Shown here: in pieces, positions 36,101 through 49,830 of the stretch
How positions within the stretch are numbered: the first letter of the stretch is position 1
How the letters are laid out: each line of letters starts with the position of its first letter
From: Amphiscolops sp. MND2022
Taxonomy: Eukaryota
DNA length: 64,000 bases
NCBI GenBank assembly: GCA_964187785.1
Contig: OZ076409.1
Span: forward strand, 8,558,001 to 8,622,000
Reading direction: 5' to 3'
Made by a program: the position numbers and the translations under genes
Notes under the pieces: generated by a model
Databases searched by the model: none
Told to the model about the DNA's origin: nothing
What the model saw: the letters and a program-made list of their open reading frames with translations, nothing else

Positions 36101-39100
36101 TATTGTAACTTGATTGTGATTTGTAGTTGAAACGTTCGCGTGGGACATTTCCCGCCCCGCGCGCGAAAATTGCTCGTTTTCACTCGACGCGCGAGAAAAA
36201 TTGCTGATTTTCCCGCGCCGCGCGGGAAACTGCTCAATAATCCGTTAGTTGTTGTGAGAAATTGTGACCATAAGGCTGCCGCGCGGGAAATTCTCTCCGT
36301 GTTCTACTAATGAGACAGACATTTCCACCTCTGACACTGTCGTCATGTCGATTTCGTCTGGATAGAGGTGATCTCCTTCCTCTGCGACATCAGCGATGTT
36401 GGTTAGGGGTGATGGGGTGTTATCGTTCATTTCTCTGGAAAATCAAAATCAAACGATAATAACTTCAGTAATTTTCCTCAGAATTTTATTCGATAAAAAA
36501 CCATTATCGAAAGATATTGCACTGGTTCCGACAAATCGAATTGGGGGAAATTCCAGGTTGCTGATGCTAATTGGTGAAGACATTCTAAAACACACAAAAA
36601 AGATGAGATTGAAGATTTTTTCAGTTGATTGAAATGAGGAGTTGATTGCAAAAACAACTAACGTTTCTGCTGAATTTGTAGAGTCTGCTGAATCTGCTGA
36701 ACGTTGCTGAGTCTTGACCTGCTGAATTTGTAAAGTTTGCTTAATCTGCTGAACGTTGCTGAGTCTGGAGCTGCTGAACTTGTAGTTGCAATGCGACAGA
36801 ATGAGTTTAAGCAATCGCTGATACTTGCTAATTTTTTCTCGGGTATTGTAACTTGATTGTGATTTGTAGTTGAAACGATCGCGTGGGACACTTCCCGCCC
36901 CGCGCGGGAAAATTGCGTTTCCACTCGACGCGCGAGAAAAATTGCTGATTTTCCCGCGCCGCGCGGGAAACTGCTCAATAACCCGTTAGATGTTGTGAGA
37001 AATTGTGACCATAAGGCTGCCGCGCGGGAAATTCTCCTGGTGTTCTACCTATGAGAAAGACATTTCCCGCCGCGCGCGGGAAATTCTCTTCGTGTTCTAC
37101 TAATGAGACAGACATTTCCACCTCTGACACTGTCTCCATGTCGATTTCGTCTGGATAAAGATAATCTCCTTCCTCTGCAACATCAGCGATGTTGGTTAGG
37201 GGTGATGGGGTGTTATCGTTCATTTCTCTGGAAAATCAAAATCAAACGATAATAACTTCAGTAATTTTCCTCAGAATTTTATTCGATAAAAAACCATTAT
37301 CGAAAGATATTGCACTGGTTCCGACAAATCGAATTGGGGGAAATTCCAGGTTGCTGATGCTAATTGGTGAAGACATTCTAAAACACACAAAAAAGATGAG
37401 ATTGAAGATTTTTTCAGTTGATTGAAATGAGGAGTTGATTGCAAAAACAACTAACGTTTCTGCTGAATTTGTAGAGTCTGCTGAATCTGCTGAACGTTGC
37501 TGAGTCTTGACCTGCTGAATTTGTAAAGTTTGCTTAATCTGCTGAACGTTGCTGAGTCTGGAGCTGCTGAACTTGTAGTTGCAATGCGACAGAATGAGTT
37601 TAAGCAATCGCTGATACTTGCTAATTTTTTCTCGGGTATTGTAACTTGATTGTGATTTGTAGTTGAAACGATCGCGTGGGACACTTCCCGCCCCGCGCGG
37701 GAAAATTGCGTTTCCACTCGACGCGCGAGAAAAATTGCTGATTTTCCCGCGCCGCGCGGGAAACTGCTCAATAACCCGTTAGATGTTGTGAGAAATTGTG
37801 ACCATAAGGCTGCCGCGCGGGAAATTCTCCTGGTGTTCTACCTATGAGAAAGACATTTCCCGCCGCGCGCGGGAAATTCTCTTCGTGTTCTACTAATGAG
37901 ACAGACATTTCCACCTCTGACACTGTCTCCATGTCGATTTCGTCTGGATAAAGATAATCTCCTTCCTCTGCAACATCAGCGATGTTGGTTAGGGGTGATG
38001 GGGTGTTATCGTTTATTTCTCTGCAAAATCAAAATCAAACGATAATAACTACAGTAATTTTCCTCAGAATTTTCTTCGATAAAAAACCAACACCGGAAGA
38101 TCTTGCACTGGTTCCGACAAATCGAATAGGGGAAATTCCAGGTTGCTGATGCTAATTGGTGAAGACATTCTAAAACAGACAAAAAAGATGAGATTGAAGA
38201 TTTTTCAGTTGATTGAATTAAGGAGTTGATGGCAAAAACAACTAACGTTTCTGCTGAATTTGTAGAGGCTGCTGAATCTGCTGAACGTTGCTGAGTCTTG
38301 AGCTGCTGAATTTGTAAAGTCTGCTGAATCTGCTGAACGTTGCTGAGTCTGGAGCTGCTGAATTTGTAGTTGCAATGCGACAGAATGAGTTTAAGCAATC
38401 GCTGATACTTGCTAATTTTTTCTCGGGTATTGTAACTTGATTGTGATTTGTAGTTGAAACGTTCGCGTGGGACATTTCCCGCCCCGCGCGCGAAAATTGC
38501 TCGTTTTCACTCGACGCGCGAGAAAAATTGCTGATTTTCCCGCGCCGCGCGGGAAACTGCTCAATAATCCGTTAGTTGTTGTGAGAAATTGTGACCATAA
38601 GGCTGCCGCGCGGGAAATTCTCCTGGTGTTCTACCTATGAGAAAGACATTTCCCGCCGCGCGCGGGAAATTCTCTTCGTGTTCTACTAATGAGACAGACA
38701 TTTCCACCTCTGACACTGTCTCCATGTCGATTTCGTCTGGATAAAGATAATCTCCTTCCTCTGCAACATCAGCGATGTTGGTTAGGGGTGATGGGGTGTT
38801 ATCGTTTATTTCTCTGCAAAATCAAAATCAAACGATAATAACTACAGTAATTTTCCTCAGAATTTTCTTCGATAAAAAACCAACACCGGAAGATCTTGCA
38901 CTGGTTCCGACAAATCGAATAGGGGAAATTCCAGGTTGCTGATGCTAATTGGTGAAGACATTCTAAAACAGACAAAAAAGATGAGATTGAAGATTTTTCA
39001 GTTGATTGAATTAAGGAGTTGATGGCAAAAACAACTAACGTTTCTGCTGAATTTGTAGAGGCTGCTGAATCTGCTGAACGTTGCTGAGTCTTGAGCTGCT

Positions 39101-40293
39101 GAATTTGTAAAGTCTGCTGAATCTGCTGAACGTTGCTGAGTCTGGAGCTGCTGAATTTGTAGTTGCAATGCGACAGAATGAGTTTAAGCAATCGCTGATA
39201 CTTGCTAATTTTTTCTCGGGTATTGTAACTTGATTGTGATTTGTAGTTGAAACGTTCGCGTGGGACATTTCCCGCCCCGCGCGCGAAAATTGCTCGTTTT
39301 CACTCGACGCGCGAGAAAAATTGCTGATTTTCCCGCGCCGCGCGGGAAACTGCTCAATAATCCGTTAGTTGTTGTGAGAAATTGTGACCATAAGGCTGCC
39401 GCGCGGGAAATTCTCTCCGTGTTCTACTAATGAGACAGACATTTCCACCTCTGACACTGTCGCCATGTCGATTTCGTCTGGATAGAGATAATCTCCTTCC
39501 TCTGCGACATCAGCGATGTTGGTTAGGGGTGATGGGGTGTTATCGTTTATTTCTCTGGAAAATCAAAATCAAACGATAATTACTACAGTAATTTTCCTCA
39601 GAATTTTCTTCGATAAAAAACCAACACCGGAAGATCTTGCACTGGTTCCGACAAATCGAATAGGGGAAATTCCAGGTTGCTGATGCTAATTGGTGAAGAC
39701 ATTCTAAAACAGACAAAAAAGATGAGATTGAAGATTTTTCAGTTGATTGAATTAAGGAGTTGATGGCAAAAACAACTAACGTTTCTGCTGAATTTGTAGA
39801 GGCTGCTGAATCTGCTGAACGTTGCTGAGTCTTGAGCTGCTGAATTTGTAAAGTCTGCTGAATCTGCTGAACGTTGCTGAGTCTGGAGCTGCTGAATTTG
39901 TAGTTGCAATGCGACAGAATGAGTTTAAGCAATCGCTGATACTTGCTAATTTTTTCTCGGGTATTGTAACTTGATTGTGATTTGTAGTTGAAACGTTCGC
40001 GTGGGACATTTCCCGCCCCGCGCGCGAAAATTGCTCGTTTTCACTCGACGCGCGAGAAAAATTGCTGATTTTCCCGCGCCGCGCGGGAAACTGCTCAATA
40101 ATCCGTTAGTTGTTGTGAGAAATTGTGACCATAAGGCTGCCGCGCGGGAAATTCTCTCCGTGTTCTACTAATGAGACAGACATTTCCACCTCTGACACTG
40201 TCGTCATGTCGATTTCGTCTGGATAGAGGTGATCTCCTTCCTCTGCGACATCAGCGATGTTGGTTAGGGGTGATGGGGTGTTATCGTTTATTT
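18171..40293. repeat. Satellite array, ~29 units of ~735-795 bp (~22.1 kb)
   Basis: Marker TTTCGTC(T/C)GGATA counted 29 times from ~18541 to ~40213; length variants from a 52-bp subrepeat and 9-bp CTGCTGAAT-type subrepeats. Confidence 0.97.
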
Positions 40294-41981
40294 TCTTTGG
40301 GCTACTACGCCGTTTTCAATTAAAAAACACCTGATGTAATAAAAAGCTCAACAATCACCCCAGGGCTACAGTGCTGTTTGTATTCGAAAAACACCTGCAA
40401 AAACTAAACAAGAACTTGGACTAACGTGGACAGAGAGTGGAATGGAGATTAATGAATAATGAAGGCGGCGACAAAATGAAACGTGCCGCGAAATAACGGA
40501 ATAATGAAGAATATTGATACCGCGGGATTGCACAAGTGAAAACTTTTATTGTATACCGCGGTGATTTGACTTTAAGCTGTTTGTGATTGGTTGCATGCAA
40601 GTCATGCCAGCCAGGCACTCGCACAACTGCTCAACTGTTTTTATACGTCCTGCGCAGGCTGGAGATTCATTCTTCCCGCAAACCGACAGAGCTTCAACTG
40701 AAAAAGCTCTTCCTCCTCTTCTCGTCCCTTGCTCCAACTCTCCCTCTTGTCTTATCTTCCTTTTTTTGTGTGATTTTTCTTTTGGACTTCAATAGTATAT
40801 CTTATTCTCTCCCCTTCTCTTGCTTTGGCTCTCATGTCAGAAAATTTTTCTTGTCCCAATTTTCTAAGCCACACTTCTCTCCTGAATTTTCTACCTGCGA
40901 AATTTTTCAACTCTATTTGGTCCCCGGTTTGGCGAGTCGAAATATACTTTCGCTTTTTTGGAGATTTCTGATTCTCCTTTTTCTAACTAAATTCTATCTT
41001 AGAATAATTCCGCTGATTTCATTCAGCGGTTGTTTAAATTCTATCGTAGAATAATTCCGCTGGTTTCATTCTGCGGTTGTTTAAATCTTAGAATAATCCT
41101 TTCTGGTGCAGAAGTAAAAGACAGGTTGACGTTTCATAAGTTTACCTAAGTAATTTTACCAAATTTGTCTTGTAATGTTGTTTCCCTCAAAAGTTCCGGC
41201 ATGCACTGAACAGAGACATTAAAAAAACAAAAACTCATCAGCTTGAACTAGTACTGATTTGTAAACTATCTTTAATATGAACTGATCTGAAATCGTTTGT
41301 GTAATAAAACTAAAACTTCTGATGTAATGAGGAATCTCAGAGCTACTTTGTCGTTGAAGTAAAAATTTACTGAATTTGCTACTGAATTTAACAAGAAATG
41401 GAATAAATACTGCTATGCCTAGAAAATATTACTATGTATTATTGTTTGTTCACGTGATATAGTTCAAGATATTTATTGCCTATACCTTTTCTGTATTCAG
41501 ATAGCTCATATACATAAGATGAAATGGATATACATAGAGAGAGAGAGATGGATTTTTTTGCCCCTACTACATTTCGGGCGTGTCAGTGAAAAGAGTTTGG
41601 ATGTCAATACGCTGCGAGCTGCAGAGCCTCATTACAGTGTCAATAAATTGTCTATTTGAAATTGTCTATTATGGTTGAGTCTTGATAATTATCGAGTCTT
41701 GGTAATCATTTTAATAATTATCAGGTAGTTGTGCAATTATTGCTATCATTGACTACTTTCAGTTATGGTTTTGAGAGCAAAATTTTCGGACCATGTTCCT
41801 TATCCCTCCCAGATACACCTTGCTCAATTGGCGTCTTGACGAGTAATAATTAAATAATTGAAAAATTCAAATGTTATCTTTTCGTGAACGCTATTAATTG
41901 TAATCAATACAACGAAGTTTCTGGATTTATTTGCTTATTCGACGAAATTTCAGACGATGAAATTTCCGCCTCCCTTAACTA

Positions 41982-42154
41982 CAGTCGACTTAGGCTAATC
42001 GAATACTGGCGGGACCGGCGAAAAATATCCGATTCAGCGAAAGTTTCGATTAAACGAAAACATGCTAGTGTATTCTTACAACCGGAGATTGAAATTTTTA
42101 TTCGTTTACCAGAAATATTGGATTAGCCGATATTCGATTATCCGAAGTTTACTG
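41982..42154. mobile_element. Tc1/mariner-type MITE (duplicated at 44763-44935)
   Basis: TA-CAGTCGACTTAGGCTAATCGAATA ... TATTCGATTATCCGAAGTTTACTG-TA. Confidence 0.75.
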
Positions 42155-42404
42155 TATGTATGGTTTAAATCTTGAAATTAGATAACTTTGTAGCACTAAT
42201 TTATTCAAAGTAGAATTAGTTGAAATGGTAAATGTTCCTTTCTAATGAAATACATATCTTGCTGAATCCCATTCCCCAATTCAAAGTTTCTATCTTTTCA
42301 AACTTCTTATTTTATAAAGTGCCCTTCAGTGATAAGTGATTTAGTTGACTTGTTTCCTTTTTGAGGTTAGTACTCTGAGAATGTGTGTCTGAATTCATTA
42401 TTCC

Positions 42405-43218
42405 GGATATTCCCCGTACGGGATACACATCTTCCGTGGAACCCACTCCTCGATTTGGCGTCAACTGCAGTTTAGCGACTCCACTCCCCCACGGATATGG
42501 CCCTTCGACCGACGATGTTGCTATTCTCGACAAGAAAGACAGGGACAGTAAATGGTCCGTCTCTCCTCTTCATCCCCAACGAGGACTAACTTAAAGCGAC
42601 ACCCACACAAGCGACTACGCACTCCCTGGCTTCTTACGAGAAGACTTCATCTCCCTTACGAATCTTCTGGTAAATTTCAGAGAAGCCTTTCTGAACAATG
42701 ACTCCGTCATGTTATAATCCTTTGACCTGTTCCCCAAACTGCCTCATTTACTCTTGTCCTGCCAGGGGTGAGCTATCGCGTTATGACTAACGCTTTACAA
42801 TCACTCTTTAAAAGAAACTTATTTTAAAAACAATGCTTTAAACAGACTTTTAATGTTTTTAAAATGCTTTAAAATGTTTTTTTTAACTCTCTTCTTATTA
42901 TTCACTGATAAAAATACACAAGGACCGCGCGTACTGAAACCGGAGTTTGGTGTTGTAAGAGAAAATACTTTTTTGCCCTTATTACATGGCGGGCTCACTC
43001 TTTAAAAAACACATCTGCAGAAATATGCTCAACAATCCTCTTTGGGCTACTGCGCCGTTTTCAATTAAAAAACACCTGATTTAATAAAAAGCTCAACAAT
43101 CACCCCAGGGCTACAGTGCTGTTTGTATTCGAAAAACACCTGCAAAAACTAAACAGGAAATTGGACTAACGTGGACAGAGAGTGGAATGGAGATTAATAA
43201 ATAATGAAGGCGGCGACA
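42405..43218 (+). mobile_element. LTR-retrotransposon 3' end: ORF tail, PPT-like tract and ~445-bp LTR (42774-43218)
   Basis: AGGGGTGAG (42764-42772) precedes TATCGCG..., ends GCGACA (inverse of TGTCGC), internal AATAAA; homologous to 6139-6222 and 40294-40473. Confidence 0.55.
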
Positions 43219-44762
43219 AAATGAAACGTGCCGCGAAATAACGGAATAATGAAGAATATTGATACCGCGGGATTGAAAACTTTTATTGTATACCGCGGTG
43301 ATTTGACTTTAAGCCAAGTTGTGATTGGTTGCATGCAAGCCATGCCAGCCAGGCACTCGCACAACTGCTCAACTGTTTTTTTACGGCCTGCGCAGGCTGG
43401 AGATTCATTCTTCCCGCAAACCGGCAGAGCTTCAACTAAAAAAGCTCTTCCTCCTCTTCTCGTCCCTTGCTCCAACTCTCCCTCTTGTCTTATCTTCCTT
43501 TTTTTGTGATTTTTCTTTTGGACTTCAATAGTATGTCTTATTCTCTCCCCTTCTCTTGCTTTGGCTCTCATGTCAGAAAATTTCTCTTGTCCCAATTTTC
43601 TAAGCCACACTTCTCTCCTGAATTTTCTACCTGAGAAATTTTTCAACTCAATTTGGTCCCCGGTTTGGCGAGTCGAAATTTACTTTCGCTTTTTTGGAGA
43701 TTTCTGATTCTCCTTTTTCTAACTAAATTCTATCTTAGAATAATTCCGCTGATTTCATTCAGTGGTTGTTTAAATTCTATCGTAGAATAATTCCGCTGGT
43801 TTCATTCTGCGGTTGTTTAAATTTCAACTCGGAATAATTCCGCTGATTTCATTCTACGGTTGTTTAAATCTTAGAATAATCCCTTCTGGTGCAGAAGTAA
43901 AAGACAGGTTGACGTTTCATAAGTTTACCTAAGTAATTTTACCAAATTTGTCTTGTAATGTTGTTTCCCTCAAAAGTTCCAGTATGCACTGAACAGAGAC
44001 ATTAAAAAAATAAAAACTCATCAGCTTAAACTAGTACTGATTTGTAAACTATCTTTAATATGAACTGATCTAAAATCGTTTGTGTAATAGAACTAAAACT
44101 TCTGATGTAATGAGGAATCTCAGAGCTACTTTGTCGTTGAAGTAAAAATTTACTGAATTTGCTACTGAATTTAACAAGAAATGGAATAAATACTGCTATG
44201 CCTAGAAAATATTACTATGTATTATTGTTTGTTCACGTGATATAGTTCAAGATATTTATTGCCTATACCTTTTCTGTATTCAGATAGCTCATATACTTAA
44301 GATGAAATGGATATACATAGAGAGAGAGATGGATTTTTTTGCCCCTATTACATTTGGGTCGTGTCAGTGAAAAGAGTTTGGATGTCAATACGCTGCGAGC
44401 TGCAGAGCCTCATTACAGTGTCAATAAATTGTCTATTTGAAATTGTCTATTATGGTTGAGTCTTGATAATTATCGAGTCTTGGTAATCATTTTAATAATT
44501 ATCAGGTAGTTGTGCAATTATTGCTATCATTGACTACTTTCAGTTATGGTTTTGAGAGCAAAATTTTCGGACCATGTTCCTTATCCCTCCCAGATACACC
44601 TTGCTCAATTGGCGTCTTGACGAGTAATAATTAAATAATTGAAAAATTCAAATGTTATCTTTTCGTGAACGCTATTAATTGTAATCAATACAACGAAGTT
44701 TCTGGATTTATTTGCTTATTCGACGAAATTTCAGACGATGAAATTTTCGCCTCCCTTAACTA

Positions 44763-44935
44763 CACTCGACTTCGGCTAATCGAATACTGGCGGGACCGGC
44801 GAAAAATATCCGATTCAGCGAAATTATCGATTAAACGAAAACATGCTAGTGTATTTTTACAACCGGAGATTGAAATTTTTATTGGTTTACCAGAAATATT
44901 GGATTAGCCGATATTCGATTATCCGAAGTTTACTG
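44763..44935. mobile_element. Tc1/mariner-type MITE, duplicate of 41982-42154
   Basis: Same TIRs and TA flanks. Confidence 0.72.
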
Positions 44936-45316
44936 TATGTATGGTTTAAATCTTGAAATTAGATAACTTTGTAGCACCAATTTATTCAAAGTAGAATTAG
45001 TTGAAATGGTAAATGTTCCTTTCTAATGAAATACATATCTTGCTGAATCCCATTCCCCAATTCAAAGTTTCTATCTTTTCAAACTTCTTACTTTATAAAG
45101 TGCCCTTTAGTGATAAGTGATTTAGTTGACTTGTTTCCTTTTTGAGGTTAGTACTCTGAGAATGTGTGTCTGAATTCATTATTCCCTCAAAATGGCTTTG
45201 CTAGACTACTTCATTGGAGCATTCTAAGGTATGGTACGGAACGAAAGGAAATCTTGGAAGTGTTTTATAAGGTTTCATCCGGCCAAATTGTGAGAAATGC
45301 GAAAATGATTTTCATG

Positions 45317-45372
45317 TTTTTAGTCGGCGCATTTTCTTTCAAAGGAAAAATGCCCGACTCCTACAGTGACCC
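45317..45372 (+). mobile_element. Terminus of HINE family A in opposite orientation (fragment)
   Basis: TTTTTAGTCGGCGCATTTT...AAAAATGCCCGACT hairpin followed by TACAGTG. Confidence 0.6.
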
Positions 45373-48338
45373 TTTGTTTTCTCCAGCCCACAGACTTAGC
45401 GCTGATCGGTCCACTTTTTACAGAAACTACTAAAACTACTGAGACCAAGTCCGGCCAGCGGTAACTTAGTGCAAAGGGTCCCCTCTTCCATCATTTACTT
45501 TGTTAATGTTAATTGCAAAACCGGACGAGACTGAAGGGTCCCCCCTTTCACAATTGTTGAAGTTTGTGGATTTCAAGTTTTACTTTAGATGTGATGAAAC
45601 GTTTTCAAAAATAATTGAAACGTTTCTCGCGCAATTACGATACATATGCCTACCACGAAAGTGGATTTCATCATCAAGTGTTATGTATTTTTTCCGTGAA
45701 ACGAGAGCGAACCGTATTCTAGTCAAACAGTGCACTGTGTTCATCGCGCATTTTGATGCACAGTGTAATGAGATCTTGTTAGTTCGTTGCGGCGTATGTA
45801 TCGTAATGATATCCTAACTTGGATGACATACCAGAGAGTTTTGTTTACAGAATGTTCATCCAGGAATTGCAGAATTGAATATGGGTTCTAAAATTCTTGA
45901 AAAATTGAAAAGCTTCATGTAATACAGTGAACTCTGGTTATTTCGTATCTGGATCTGTGCTTTGACGTGTATTATCGTAGCTTGTACCGTTACTCAAGTT
46001 TTCAAGTAAAGATACAAGAAAATACATACACGATTGTTTCCTACAATACCGGACAAGTTCTACCTGTATTGTAAATTATCGGAAAGCGTGTAAACTCAGG
46101 CATGGCAGTTGATGACCGCGTGTAAATTCGTGTAATTCCGTGAATTTTATTGAATCAAATTGCGCCGTGAAATATCATGTAATTGATTGACTTTGACAAC
46201 TTGTGACGTGAAATTCAACTTCGTTTGAAACTAAAATCTGAAACTCCTTTGTCAATTGCACGTAATTGAGACAATTTAAACGCTGTTACAAATAATTTTT
46301 TTGAAGAAACTTTTAAACTTTAAGAAAAGATTTTAAACTAGAAGAAAATTTTGACTGAAGATATTCAAAGACTTGATGCAAAAACATTGAAAAATCTACA
46401 ATATCTGTAGGTTAATTCCTCCCAATTAAATTGAAGTAGTTAAAAGTTCCGTGTTTCAGTGTGCTTTTGGTAAAAATTTCGAAATCGTTGAATTGAAACA
46501 CTTGAAGAACCATGTTTTTTCGTGTTTTAGTGTGAAAAATCGTGAATTTGGCGTGACGACTGTCGTCTTCTTAGCGTGACATTTTCAGTGTGAAGAATGC
46601 TAAAAATGTGCGTGATTAGCTGCCATGCCTGGTGTAAACTTACACACCACGCATACAAAACGGAAAGGCATGACAACTGGTATATGTACATAGTTTTGAA
46701 AATTTTAGTTTGCCTCGCTTCATCTGCTGTTGAATGTTCATGTGGCTTGAGGACTTCCAATCGCCGTAATCAAACAATACACGAAACTTCGGAATAATTG
46801 GTCAAGATTGCTGCTTGAATTTAAGCATCTCTGCTCGTATATTTTTCTTGAGAATATTTTAGGTAAATCATATATATAAAGAGATGAAAAATTACCGCTT
46901 ACGGTACTCTAGTATCTCCGAATACCTACCGTTACATACTCGAAATTTTGAGTGTTTTACTTGAAATGCCGAGAACCGGAAACTTTTATACACCTCAAAT
47001 CACTGATCTGGATAATTCGTGTGTATCTGGGACCCCCATTTCGAGACGACCACAGTACTATCATCCGGTTCACTCGTATTTCTCGTTATTCCTACTGTTT
47101 TATTTCGTTCCCTAGCGATACGAATTTGGCGGATTCAACTGTATGTTGACTTGTCAATGCTTACGATATGTTTGAGAAATTATTATATTGTGAGAAAAAA
47201 TTGGTCAGTTTTCTGAAGCTTCTACTGTTGATTCTCCTTTTTAAAAAAATGTATGTATTCATGTCTGATTTTCGGCATTGGAGCTTTTGAGATATTTTGG
47301 TTTATTTCAGATAAATGCTATCCTCTGCAGCCAGTGATATTCGTTCACACTTTATCCGCATGCCCAATAGATAGCAAATTTATTGTGTCAGGCAATTGTG
47401 TCAATCGGTGGAGGCTAAGGTATGGAGGCAATGACACGGGCAGACACTAACCGGGAGAAATGACCCGCAACAGTTTCGACTTGTGAACATTGATGATCGA
47501 CTGAGGTCAGAACTATGGTGAATTGTCGGGTGTCAATTCCCGCAACAAAGGAACCCGTCCGGAGACAGCGGCTGTTAAGAGACGTTTGAACAACTGAGAC
47601 TACATTTTGAGAGGTGAATGTAGTAGTAGTTTGTCTTTCAGTTACATGACATTTCGTCCTCTGCAATTTCAACTATTGTCATTTCAACAGTTGACCATTT
47701 CAACCTTCCGCAATTTCTACCTAAACTATTATTTCTAATCACTCCTAGTTCGGTTGAGGTATTATTTCATTAAGATAGTTAGTAATGAACTGTGAATTAG
47801 GTTTTACCAAAAAACGCGCTTATCGCTTGTTGCGCTTGTGACTGGCCCGCTAACGCTTAAGTGGCGCTTTTGGAAAAAAAATTGGTTTAGCGAATTTAAG
47901 ATTTCAAAAGCTGCATCTTAACATTTGGGAATTTGAAATTTCGATCGGTTTCTCCCTTTCCTTAACAAACTGCCACCACAAGAGACAAATATTTCAACTG
48001 TACTGGTGTCGGGTGAAACCCCCAGTACAAAAAACTTGCCGCTGTTAAGAGTTTGGCAATTCTTGTTTTCAAAATAGCAAAAATTTCCGACCAATCAGAC
48101 AAGCGCAAATTTCTATCGTCGCTTCGCTCTCGGTGCTTATTCGGATATTACGTCGCTTTCGCTTTTTTGCGCTTTTGTTTGGAAGCGACCTAATCCACTG
48201 GTAATGAATCAAAAAGGCCTTATTAATGGTAACTATTGATGAAGATGCCAAAATTTCATCAAAACAGGCATAAAAGTTAGCGTAATTGGTTTTAGAAATG
48301 TATGAAAATGAAAACAGCCGTAATTAATTTCCAAAGTT

Positions 48339-48788
48339 TACTATTTCTGCGATAGCAGGAATATTATTGAAACCTAAAGATTTCCACTTTTTTCCAGTGA
48401 AGTTTTTGTCGTGATACTGAAAAATTCAGATATTTTGTTCGGCAGTGAGTATAAGCGGGAGATTTAAATTTCTCCAGCTGCCGACAACAATTCGTTTCTC
48501 GTGCGATAGAACGAGCGAGTGTGAATTATGCATCCGTACGCCGAGTTATTGAGATGAAGTGAACGAGTGTTAATTGTTCGTTCGCCGAGAGCTTTGCTTG
48601 CATTCAAATGCGAATGCGAAACTTCGTCTACGCTTAGTAGTTATATTTACTTAAGTCCAGAAGAGTTAAAGGCGGTGTAAACTTGTGTAAAATCGTGCGC
48701 TATGTAAATGATTGAGATATACTTCTATTATTGAAGATGAAAGCCTAAAAACAGAAATAGTATGCCCCGGCCCCGCAGGGGCCTATTA
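48339..48788 (+). mobile_element. Helentron-type non-autonomous element (family D, short copy)
   Basis: subTIR TACTATTTCTG / CAGAAATAGTA (48752-48762), stem-loop GGCCCC-GCA-GGGGCC (48769-48783); homologous to 3386-3745. Confidence 0.75.
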
Positions 48789-49830
48789 TATAACTAATTA
48801 ACACCAATTAGCCAAATTTAGTTATAGTAGGTTGAAATTGTCAACAGTTTAAATTGCATAGGATGAAATGTCCAGACACCATTTCTTTCTCAATCTGCTT
48901 GACCAATCTATCTAACTGATCTATCGGTTACTAATACACTCTTTTCTTTTTGCTTTTTTCTCTGACAACTCGCGGCTTAGCAAGGATTAGAGCTGTTATC
49001 AGCGAAATGACAGAAAACATTGTTCAAGCCTGAAAAGACCTTATAAGGAAGGTATTGAATTTTTGAATCCAAAAACCAAATGATAAAGTTATTGAGCTGA
49101 CCAAATTTAAGCCACTAAACGATAACTTCAGTGACTCTTTGAATTATTTCAAAAAATATCACCAATTTATTAGTTCAAAATGAGGAAATTTACTTTGTGA
49201 GGAAATTTACTTTTCTTTGCATAATAAGATGAGTTTTGTGACCTATCAAGTTTCGGCTTAAATTGAACTCTACGTTCGCCAAGAAACTAGAGGACGCTAA
49301 TGAAATTGAGTTTTTATCCTTGACTTCTCCAATTTTTTTATAACTGTTGATGAGCAGAAAATGTTTTTCTGAGAAAATTTTTTCCGGAAAAGGCTAACTG
49401 CAAAACACTGAATTTGTCGAATGATTTTTCTCCACGCATTTCTGTTAAATCAATTCTATTTAAGCGAATAAAAACCATAATTTCGAGTTTGGCAAAAGTG
49501 AAAAACTTGTCAACATAGAAGTACGAAGCTCTTGAAATTGAAAAAGCGACTGTTTCTTGATTCAGAAAGTTCCCCAAAAAGTTTGGGAGATTTGATTAGA
49601 ATTGTAACTCACTGCTTGCTGTAACCATGTTGTTTGACTGGAACAATTGAATCAACTGCAGCGGTTCTGTGCTTTATTCACCTGAAAATCTTCATCCTTT
49701 TCCATTGTTTCTGCCGATGCGCATATTTTTGATGCGCCTGATTTGAGTTTACCTCCATTCCTTGATCGATTATTTGATGCGCTATCTGAAATCTTCAAAC
49801 TGATACCTTTGGAAAGAAAAGGAAAAAAGA

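Larger units (their letters stand above)
8011..40293 (-). mobile_element. Large decaying multi-gene DNA element (PIF1-GIY-YIG, RPA-like, SGNH, orphan ORFs) with associated satellite; boundaries approximate
   Basis: Co-oriented, mostly intronless minus-strand ORFs sharing a 3' hairpin motif; interrupts Gypsy-derived sequence on both sides; termini not identified. Confidence 0.55.
40294..45185. repeat. Tandem duplication: 40294-42404 and 43039-45185
   Basis: ~2.1-kb blocks nearly identical (e.g. ORFs at 41884 and 44665); differ in copy number of a 47-bp subrepeat containing the CCGCTGA/TCAGCGG hairpin. Confidence 0.93.

Noticed and set aside
18224..40009. Dozens of repeated 60-130 aa ORFs (MSHANVSTT..., MLKLILSHC...)
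   Set aside because: By-products of the satellite; frames shift and stop inconsistently between units; no recognisable domain
45925..47140. Degenerate Tc1/mariner element with TACAGT ends
   Set aside because: TIR match is weak and no transposase remnant was recognised
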